The notes under the pieces are model-generated. The model did no database searches, was not told the DNA's origin, and saw nothing but the letters and a program-made list of their open reading frames with translations. Position numbers and translations under genes: made by a program. A DNA stretch of 62,544 nt, the filler included, from Collodictyon triciliatum (Eukaryota), in assembly GCA_043381765.1 (NCBI GenBank). It is 9 parts of 9 records of this genome, joined end to end, with 100 filler letters (N's around TTAATTAATTAA, not from the genome) between each part and the next. Parts side by side here need not be neighbours in the genome. Positions count along the whole stretch, not along the records: positions 38,269 to 45,767 come from JBHJMP010003847.1; positions 45,868 to 53,408 come from JBHJMP010003848.1; 7 more parts are not named here. One strand, given 5' to 3'. Of the stretch, positions 43,001-53,508 are shown in pieces (the first letter of the stretch is position 1; each line of letters begins with the position of its first letter).

Positions 43001-43100
43001 TGTTTTAAGTGGAATTTGCATATTTTTTTGTGAAAATATAATGAATAGTATTGTCTCTATCATAAATAATCCTGCTCCTTTAGATTTATTTCTAGGTTTT
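40043..43100 (+). pseudogene. Degenerate intron-containing gene of unknown family, copy B
   Basis: Colinear with 11950-14565(-): HECDRFFERC, QHYIQIE, GFASHQNRS, QISELIRSITGPFVA, FQGRGGDWDSGSS; many stops and frameshifts. Confidence 0.65.
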
Positions 43101-44632
43101 ATTTTGTGGTGATATCAATATACTTAATATTAAGTACGTATTGATATCATTGTGGTAATTCCATCAGAATAATAGGCAAAGTTAATTTCCAATAAATATT
43201 ACATTACACCCAATAATTAATGTCTTAGAAAGGAATAGTTACGCGGATGTTCAATTTATATATTTCAATATCTAAAGCCAATTTTTTAAAAAGGAAATAG
43301 TATTAACCATTTTTACAAGATAATCACATTTTGATAAAATTCGTTAGGTAGTGGTTACTTCCTTGAACTGGAAAACAAAGTCATTTCGTACTATTTTAAA
43401 GTTAACAGACACATTCTGCAAGACTTCAAGATGTATGTGTATACCAGTAGACTAGTATTTAAATTCCCATATATTTTATCAACCAATTATCATTTGTTAA
43501 TATTTGTATCATCAATTCAACCATTCTATAGGAGAACTGAGAAACAAAGACAAAGTTAATTTATGATAGACATCGTGCTTAATCAATCGATGAAAATAAA
43601 ATGGATTACTTGTACAATAAGAGGTTTTCATTTCAGAATGTCTGATTCAACATTGAGTCTATTTATGACATCTTATCAATTGAATTATACTAAATATATA
43701 TGAGAACAATAATTCAAATAATCGCTTAGTTTTTTCTACCAAGATACGAGTTATCAATAGTTTGTATGGATATTTAATTTCTTGGCACGTATCTAGAACA
43801 TATACTTGCTTTATCATATTACTACTTAATCGAACACATTTATTAGAAAACATTTTAAATTTAATATTTTCCGCGTATTCGTATGAATGATAGAATGTTT
43901 CTATATAGAAGCTCGTGCAATTGATTGAGGAAGCACTTATGTGAAACCATCGATTATTCTGAATTCTACTTTTTTTTTGTTTTGATATCTGACCTTTACA
44001 AACCAACATTATCGGTCTCAAACTGAAACAATCCTTTAGCTATGATTTAATTCGGAGTCCAAGGTGTTTTAACTGATTGCTATGTATTTATACATAGAAA
44101 TGATACATTGGATGAGTTTCATATTGCTTTTTTTTGTAGATTGTAAAAGCTTTTTGATGAACATAAAATTAATCTAATAAATTTTAATGGCTTTTTCAAA
44201 AAACTCTGCACCAAAATCTAAAATATTGATTAAACACTGCAACTTTTTTAAAAGAAATACATAATGCTATACATATCATTTTATAAGTCCAAATTTAAAA
44301 TTATTCAAATAATATAGATATAATCGATTAAGTATGAATTGAAAATATGTTGCACTTTTATTTGTATAAATATTCATGAATTAATTAGTCAATCACTATT
44401 ATATCAAAAAAATAGTAAAAATTAAAAGTTGATATATATCGAAACGCCTTTATTTGGAGAGAATATACCAAATTTGCTGAATTCATTTTTATTTGGTTTA
44501 AAGCTATGTATTTCTGAACCATTTATGAGATTTAATCATTAAATATTCCATAAATAATAAAAATGTCTTGAGTAAAAAAGCATATCATTAAAAATTTTCA
44601 GACATTTAAACGCACATCACGATATTCATAGA

Positions 44633-45767
44633 ATGCGGTTGAATCCGAAGACTTTAGCATCCATGTTGCTGTTGGGTTCGTTGTTCTATTAAAATTATAT
44701 AATTTAAAAATTATTGACTACAAAACATATATAATTATATAATAACCATTCACAGGAGTGATATTCCACTGCCATTTGTGTCTTGTTGAGGGGCAAGGAT
44801 ACCTGATTCGCACATTAACTGGTCATACAAGTCCTGTTCGCACTGTTGCTACTTCTCCTGATGGCTCAAAAATTCTTTCTGGAAGCGAAGATAATACAGT
44901 CAAAATTTGGAATCCGTCTGATGGAACTTTGATTCGAACGCTGACTGGTCACACAAGTTATATTCGTAGTGTTGCTACTACTCCTGATGGCTCAAAAGTT
45001 TTTTCTGGAGGTCACGACAATAAAATACAGATATGGAATCTTTCTGATGGAACTTTGATTCGCACATTGACTGGTCACACAAGTCCTATTTTCGGTGTTG
45101 CTGTTACTCCAGATGGCACAAAAATAATTTCCGGAAGTGGTGATGCAACAGTCAAAATCTGGAATCTTTCTGATGGAGCTTTGATTCGCACATTGACTGG
45201 CCATACTCGTGTTAACAGTGTTGCTGCTACTCCTGATGGCTCAAAAATTGTTTCTGGAAGTAGTGATAAAACAATCAAAATTTGGATTCTTTCTGATGGA
45301 GCTTTGATTCGCACATTGACTGGTCATACTGGTAGTGTCAACTGTGTTGCTGTTACTCCTGATGGCTCAAAAATTATTTCTGGAAGTGGTGAAGGTACAA
45401 TCAAAATTTGGATTCTTTCTGATGGAGCTTTGATTCGCACATTGACTGGTCATTCTGATGGTGTTAACAGTGTTGTTGTTACTCCTGATGGTTCGAAAAT
45501 TGTTTCTGGATGTGGAGATCAAACAGTCAAAATTTGGAATCTTTCTGATGGAGCTTTGATTCACACATTGACTGGTCATACAAATGGTGTTGAAGGTGTT
45601 GCTGTTACTCCTGATGGTTCAAGAATTGTTTCTGGAAGTAATGATATAACTATTAAAATATGGGGAGGTATTCCTGAGATGGCTTCTCAGTCCCGTTCAA
45701 AGACTAAATCCAAATCTCTCTCAAAGTCCCGCTCTAAGTCCCGCTCCAGATCCCAATCCCAATCCCA
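44633..45767 (+). CDS. Signal-peptide-bearing 7-repeat WD40 protein with S/K/R-rich tail (3' partial)
   Basis: Exon 1 MRLNPKTLASMLLL-G, 80-nt GT-AG intron 44676-44755, then VIFHCHLCLVEG-QGYLIRTLTGH; seven ~42-aa GH...SGS.D.T.KIW repeats. Confidence 0.85.
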
Positions 45768-45867
45768 NNNNNNNNNNNNNNNNNNNNNNNNNNNNNNNNN
45801 NNNNNNNNNNNTTAATTAATTAANNNNNNNNNNNNNNNNNNNNNNNNNNNNNNNNNNNNNNNNNNNN

Positions 45868-45966
45868 TTTTAGTTTTTTAGTTTTTTTAGTTTTTTAGTT
45901 TTTTTAGTTTTTTAGTTTTTTAGTTTTTTAGTTTTTTAGTTTTTTAGTTTTTTAGTTTTTTAGTTT
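45868..45966. repeat. (TTTTTTAG)n microsatellite at contig start
   Basis: Seen directly. Confidence 0.9.
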
Positions 45967-46395
45967 GCAGAGGGCAATACAGCAGATCGCGGAGATGAAA
46001 AGACTGGTGGGTACCAAGGGAGATGCACATACCAATCCATATGAATATTAACGATCATACGAATTATTACTCAAATTTGCTTAACAAGGAAACATATTCT
46101 ATTTCACAGAATTTTATGTGGAGTTATATGTATTTTCCAGATATAAAAACAGATTCCGTTCGTTCTTTCACTTTGCTTTCGCTGAATGGCGGAATCTAAA
46201 CAAAAGAATGAAAACAAAAGAATCAAAAGAAAAACGAAAGAAAAAACAACAAAAAAACAACAAAAAAACAACAAAAAAACAACAAAAAAACAACAAAAAA
46301 ACAACAAAAAAACAACAAAAAAACAACAAAAAAAAAGCAGAACAACGACGCCGGCAAGGCTGCAGCAGAACCCCGAGTCTTGCACGCCGGAGACG

Positions 46396-48010
46396 ATGGA
46401 GAGCACCGGGGACGAGACGCAGCTTCTGACCCCGCTGCTCGTGGGATCGCCCGGGCCGGAGTTGCGCCTGTTCCGATCAGACGAGACGGCTGCAGCCTTC
46501 CTCCGCAGGACGCAGTTCCGAGCCCCGGCTGCTCCGCCAGCGAGTGCGCTGCGCCTCTTCTTCCCGCACGGCCTTCCCCGCGGCTCCATCCTTGCGTACC
46601 AATCCCCGCCGAGCGCGCCGCTCCACCTCCTGCTGAGAGCGTGGCTGTCCCACTTCCTGCTGCCCTCCGAGGTCTCCTGGGACGACGTGAGTGCGCCTCC
46701 TCTGTCCCGCCCTCGGGCCTCCCCTTCTTTTCCTTGTGCTGCCCCGCCCCTCTTTCTCCTCGTCTCCTCCGCCCAAGGCAGACACTCGCTCGAGGGTCTG
46801 CCATGGCGTGGTCTGGGAACACCCAACGATTCTGCCTCCTCTGTGGGCGCGGTTTGGTGCCCCGTCCTCTTTGTTTTGGTGCTCAAGTGTGCCATTCCTG
46901 TCTGCCCCAGCGAGCCGTCCCCGTCGGTGGGTGCCACTTTGGGGTGGTCTACTTCGACTTTTCGTACCGCATCGATATCCACGCATTGAGAGTCGCACTC
47001 GAGAGGCAGCTGGAGGCGACGCTTGCGGCCAGCGAAATTGTGCTCGATTCTATCGCAAAAAGTATGTTGAAAAATGGCTTAGTAGTCTGATGGAGATATT
47101 ATCCACACGCTTTCTTGTAGAATCCCCTCTTCGCAAGACCTCTTTCAACATATTCTACTCTTCATTGTCGGTGAACTCGTATGCCTTGCTGACCTTTCCT
47201 CCCCTCTCCTTCATTCCTTCGACAAGATCGCATTCAAGAAATCGTATCCACATGTCTGCGAAGGGTCACAGTCGTCCGATGCGAGACCCACCTAGAATTT
47301 CTCCTTCACTTGCGGCAACTAAGGTTATTATCTGGAAAATAGTAAAATAAACAAAATACAAATCGTGAATGCCATAGCTCATCGCATATATACCAAAATG
47401 GCACCCCGTCCTTTTTCTGTAGAGTTATGCTAACATGAGTCTACTTTCTCTTCCACTGCATCGAGCAGGACAGTTGTTTCGCAGGATGAAACTGTCCGTG
47501 GCCTGATTATCGACTCGATCGACAGCCTGGCGCACATGACGAAGCTTGGCGAAAAGGTCGGACTGAACCAAAGCCCGCAGATATGCCAGGTCTTCACAGA
47601 TAGAGTGTTCTTTCAGCAGCAACGTGGCAAACGTGACAATCATATGAAACATCACGAGCTCATAACCCGACATCCAGGTGATTGAGGAGCTGGCAAATAA
47701 CTATCGGATGGCGGTGGTGTCTACGCAGTCCGAGCCCCAGAGCAGGACAGACTCTGCCCCGCCCGTACATCTTGGAAGCCGGTGGAACAAGCTAGTGACG
47801 CACAGGCACGCAGCACAACACAACACAACACATCGCATTGTCTCGTATCATATCTCAAGGCTTTCTCAGAAAACTCATGTTGGCCGCGCCGAATGACGCA
47901 GGTTTCTCGTGTCCAGCAGAGCAGCGGAGCTCCACATCGCCTGCGTGCAGAGCCCGTCTTCGTCGTCGCTGGACCGGATGTCTGCTGTGTTTCCAACGCC
48001 ACAGGCATGA
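46396..48010 (+). CDS. XRCC2: RAD51 paralogue XRCC2, multi-exon; last exon uncertain
   Basis: ETAAAFLRR; HFLLP; GVVYFDFSYRIDIHALRVALERQL; IVSTCLRRVTVVRCETHLEFLLHLRQL; Walker B GLIIDSIDSL; HLGSRWNKLVTHR. Confidence 0.8.
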
Positions 48011-48169
48011 GAGAAGCTGCAGCCTCGTGTATTACCTTGTATATCGGCGGGAATGTGTTTGTACCAGACATAAACCGGAGCAAAATCCAGCAACCGGGGC
48101 GGCACAACTTTCGGCCGCGTTTAATGGAAAAGGAAGAGTCTATTGGCAACAGAGCAGCAGAGAGGCGGA

Positions 48170-51100
48170 TTAGGAGAACGGCGACTGTGCGGCCGCGTGG
48201 GTGGATGAGGATGCGGACGGGGACGTGGATGCAGATGCGGATGCGGATGCGGAGGCGCTTCTGCTCTTGGCCAGCAGGTCGAAGGCAAAGCCCGCCGCCA
48301 CAGTCGGGTCCCGCCGCGGGTAGAGCGGCTCAAAGGCGTACGCCATGCGGAACAGAACGTGCTCCTCCCACGGCCGGCCCATCAGCTGCGTGTGTGTTGT
48401 GTGCTCGTCAGTGGGGAAGGGGGGCAAGAAGGGCAAGAAGGACAAAGAAGGGCAAGGAGGGCAAAAGAAACAGGAGCAGCACAGGATGCGCATGTGTGTG
48501 TGCAACCTGCAGTCCGATGGGCAGGCCGGCCGCGTCGAAGCCCACCGGGAAGGAGATGCACGGCAGCCCTGGGAAAAGACTGCTGAGCGCACTTACTCGC
48601 CAAAACACACCCACCGTTTCTGGGTGTCTTCTTTCCTTCTTTTCTTTTCTAAGTCTTTTCTCAGAGGCGTGAGGCTGTGTTTTAAGCAAACCTGTGAGTG
48701 CGCCGAGGAAAGAGTATCGCATGGCTTCCGTCGATGTGGCGTTGTCCGATTCGCCTATCACCAAAGAATTGTAAATAAAAAGAGAGAGAGAGAGGGAGAG
48801 AGAAAAGAGGGAGTAGATGTGGGTTTGTGAAGGCACTAATCCGCGTTCTACATGTAAGCTATTGCATATACATGTGGGTGTGGGTGTGTCTTGCTCTTGG
48901 TGCAAGGTGCACACAAATAACCACGACAAGGCAGCGAGCGGGTCAGAAGAAATGCCCTTACCATCCGATATCGCAGCACTCGAGATTCTCGGGGCTGTGA
49001 CGGCTGTGGACGGCGTTGCAATCACGTCGACCTGAATCCACACATAAACACGACCTTGTGAGCCAATTTCCAGTATACTAACTCATGTGACCATGTGGAA
49101 GAACCATCATCAAAGCAAGAAGCAAGAAACCATGCCATCAAGTGCCCGGATCATCAATGACCTCCCCACCTTTTTTAGGACCCTCAACAAAGCATGAATC
49201 ATTTTTGTTCGGATCTTTTGTGATTTGATATAATCCACGCCAGTGAGTGTCCTACACAGATTGAAGCGCTCTAAATCACACAACCTAGGTTTAAAATCTG
49301 CCCATGGCATCGATGAAGAATGAGCCCAATAGAGGAGATAGAGAGGAGGTTTCCGCATATCTTAATGCGCTTGTGTGTACCTCGCCGTCGCCAGTAGGAT
49401 TCGTGTGTCTGCATTGAAGAATTTGGAGCATTTCTATGCATATTACCCGCAATTTCATTAAGCAGTACTTAATGCGAATACAAATGAAATGTGCCTGGTT
49501 CTGTGCGTATGTCGTTTGATGGAAGGAAGAAGCTGACTTTGTAGTACATGTCGGTCGAGGCGGTGACTTCAGAGAAGAGAAGAGCAAGATGCGCAACACG
49601 GGCGATATTCAAATGTGGTATAGAAACTAAAACAAAGAACTTACAGCTCTAAAAAATAATAATAATGGCATAATGGAAACATCACGGTGGATACAAGAAT
49701 ACCAAAAGGTTCATATAGACAAGTAGTATCTTGCAAGGTCATGAATGAAAGATATATGCTGATACAAATGACTCTAACCCTCTCTAACGTCTGCTCCCAT
49801 TTCTCGTAATCTGTAATAATTTTTTTTATTCATGTTAAACTACTTGAATGCTTTGAACCTCGCCTCTTACAAAATCATATGATATTTTTGGATTTTTTTC
49901 ATATGTTGGAACCGACTGTACCATATCAAATTAAAGTGAGGTAACTGATAAAAAAATCGTGGCAACTTATAACCTTTCAATGGCTTCCGAGCAGCATTTA
50001 ACAATATCCGGTGTGGCATGGTTAAAATATGGCTGATAAATGCCTATGGAGAGCCCACTGAGATTGCGATTTGTCATGTTGTAAAAAGTTACTGGTGGCT
50101 TTTGAAAAAAAAAGAGGAGGATTTGTCAGTAGGCTGAATTACTCTCTTTCTTATCGTTTCATATAACACAAAAGATACAAAATATACAAAATATACAAAA
50201 GATACAAAAGATACAAAAGATACAAAAGATACAAAAGATACAAAAGATACAAAAGATACAAAAGATACAAAAGATACAAAAGATACAAAAGATACAAAAA
50301 ATACAAAAGATACAAAAGATACAAAAGATACAAAAGATACAAAAGATACTAAAGATACAAAATATACAAAATATACAAAAGATACAAAAGATACAAAACG
50401 GGACACAATTGTTTTAGAAACCCCCATAGAAACAAATGGAAGCTAGACCTGGGATAGGGATACAACATCATCTGAATCCGCACCAGACACAATAGAGTAT
50501 GTCAGAGCGCAGTCTATAGTCGTTGCAGCAACAATACCCACTTGTGTATTTGACCATGACAATGGAAATAGGCCGTGACTACTGATACGACCATATGTGG
50601 GTCGCAATCCCACAGTTCCACAGTAACTGGCAGGAATCCGGATAGACCCACCTGATAATGCAGGATTTTCCTCAGGAAAAGAAAAGCAGGAGAGCTGATG
50701 TCTCCAGGCAATGTCACAAATTAAGAAATGAAATAAAATCAAGATAACGCACCAGAGTCAGTAGCCAGAGATATTGGACATAAACCAGCTCCAACAGCTG
50801 CTGCGGATCCCGAGCTTGAGCCACCAGAGTAATGATGCATGTTGTACGGATTCCGACATGCCCCTACATTACGTCGGCATTTATTCTTGTGAGAGAAATT
50901 GACTGTTTCGTAAAAAAATATAAAAAATGCTGATGTAATTTTATGAGCAGGGTATATCTTACACAGTTAGAAAGGAAAAAAAATACAAGAAAGAATGATT
51001 GTCTAATATTCTAATACCAAAGTGTGGGTTACATCCGCTGACTCCGCATCCCAATTCGTGCATGGCTGCGGTTTGGTTTGAGTAAGATATATAAAGAATT

Positions 51101-53084
51101 AATACGTGGTAATCAAATGACAGCCTTTTACTTTTTGGTTACTTGAAAAACTATGAATTGAACAAAAAATATAAGTACGAGATAAATTTAAGCTTGCTCA
51201 AGGCATGTAGCATTTTTTTTTCTGAGATAAAAAAACCTGTCTTTCCAAATAAAAGAGCTCCTGATCGTCTTAATCGTTTTACACATGTGGCATCCTCTTT
51301 TTTTATATAGTATAACAAAAAAAAATCAAAACATGACATACAGTTAAAAGATCAATCAATCCATATTTTGTAATTAACAGATAGATATCTTATTATGTCA
51401 AAACACAGAATCGTTCAAGAAATACGCCGTGTCTTTTTTCTACCAACATAAACATAGTATGCACTAATGAAAATGTCTGCATATTGATCACAGAAAACCT
51501 TGTGGTTGTAAAAGAAGAAAATTTGTTCCAGCAGATGTCGCGTAAGGAAGCTGTCAAGAAAAAAATGAATGAATGCTGATTTTCTAAAAATGTGTTCATA
51601 AAACCTTTTCATTAGCCTTTTAAAAATAAGATTACAATTAGGCGTAGAATGATTATTTTTTTTAAAAAAAAAAAGACAACAGGAAAGACAGACACACTAC
51701 CATATCTATCTCGTCTTTGACGCAGATTGGCACACCATCTAGTGGAGAAAGAGGAACTCCCCTTCGATACCGCTCAGTTGAGGCTGCAGCTTGCACAAGA
51801 ACCTCTCCTTCGACCATCTTCCATCAAAGGAATTGTTAGCTCAGTCGTTGATGGTGAGTATAGTCTCATCAGAATAATGGTACGTATTTGTGAAATAGAA
51901 AATCAGCAAAACCAATAGAGGAAAGAGAAAAGAAAATGAAGATTTAATCGTGCTTTTCCCTTTGGGTAAAAAAAGCCGTTCGAAAAGGTAGAATTGATTA
52001 ATCAATTAAATATGTGCCCTTATGTTTATGAAAAGTAATAAGAACCTTAACAACCGCGCGTAACGGAAGATCTGAATGATTTGATTTTCTTACAGAATCA
52101 ATCAAATTCTGTGCAACCTGTGTCGGGGTAATATGCCCCAAAGAATATGCCCGATAATAATCTATGTAGCTATGGGGCTTCTTTATTGCTTGATTCTATT
52201 ATATTAATTCAGTAGAAAAATATGGAGTTTTTGAGTTAATGTGCGCTGAGAGCAACTCTGTTTGAGCGAGTCAAGGATATCTAGGTGGAATAATAGCAAA
52301 TCTTATAATGAAAGAGATATTACCTCCCACGCATAAAAGTCGAAAGTATCTCTGGGAACTGAATCTTCCGGAGTAGAATTGTGAAGCGGCGCAGGTGTAG
52401 GGTTTTCTTCACAGATTGAGTCTGAGAGATAAGAGTCAAAGAATGAGCACAATATGGGATATAAATTAATTTCATAATATATCAAATATGTTTTCTATTA
52501 TTTTGCAGATTTCTTTTTTCTGCGAGAAATGCCCCCAGAAAGAATTTAATTCAAATTATGCACAGCTAATACAAACCAGTGAGATCCTGAAAGCCAGCCT
52601 CAGCCTTTAGTCTTGGAATGAGAGCCCAGTTTGTCATGGAAGCTTCGAGGCTTGCAGCAAACATCCGCAAAGAAAAGCCGGTAAGCTTAGGGTGTGGGAC
52701 AGGCTTCAGGTCGTATACAATAGCACCCTCCTCCTCGTCCTTCACATGGCGCATGAATTCATGGATTATAATGCATGAGTGAATATTTATCAGTGGTTAT
52801 CACAGCTTTTGTTCTTTCAATTCTCTGGGAGATAGAATTCGCATCCCACACAGACACACAGACACACAGACACACGGACACACAGACACACAGACACACA
52901 CAGAGGAAAGAAAGAATAAACAGAGGGACCGAGGCAGCCATGAAGATGGGATAAACGAAAAAGAGAACGAAAGAGACACCAAAGATGGAGTTCCAACCTC
53001 GAGATCGTCTTCGAACGCGCTTGGGATGCCGCTGGACTCGGACGAGGAAGGCTGATCGAGCTCAAACGCAGGGTTCGTGGCCAT
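48170..53084 (-). CDS. FAAH: Amidase-signature enzyme, plant-type fatty acid amide hydrolase, multi-exon
   Basis: YDLKPVPHPKLTG N-terminal extension; [87 protein letters not shown]. Confidence 0.88.
50170..50398. repeat. (AAAAGATAC)n intronic 9-mer array
   Basis: Seen directly. Confidence 0.95.
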
Positions 53085-53508
53085 TGAAATGTGCGACTTC
53101 CGCGTGCCTAAACACGTTCGTGCGTCAATACAGGCAGAAAGAGAGGCCCGGAGCAGCAGAGTCGGGTGATCGGTAGCGCTTTCGGTTGCAGAGTACAGGC
53201 GCGCCAGAAAAACAACGCGTCCCAAAAGCACCAGGCAGCCAACTTTTCAAGTGCGCCCAGGAAACGTGATGGAATAGGCGGTGCCACTTGCAATTATAGA
53301 TGTATTCGGTAATCGAGGGGAAAAGGTGGCGTTTTTTTTTCGGTGCTGTAGTCCCCAAAATCGTCCGCCAAAAAAACAAAAAAAACAAAACAAACAAAAA
53401 AAACAAAANNNNNNNNNNNNNNNNNNNNNNNNNNNNNNNNNNNNNNNNNNNNTTAATTAATTAANNNNNNNNNNNNNNNNNNNNNNNNNNNNNNNNNNNN
53501 NNNNNNNN

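Noticed and set aside
45868-45966. (TTTTTTAG)n as a telomere
   Set aside because: Single G per unit, G-strand points inward from the contig start, and similar microsatellites end most contigs
49409-49494. Apparent GC-AG intron in the amidase
   Set aside because: A GT-AG alternative (MYYK|KCSKFFNADTR) gives a better-length alignment
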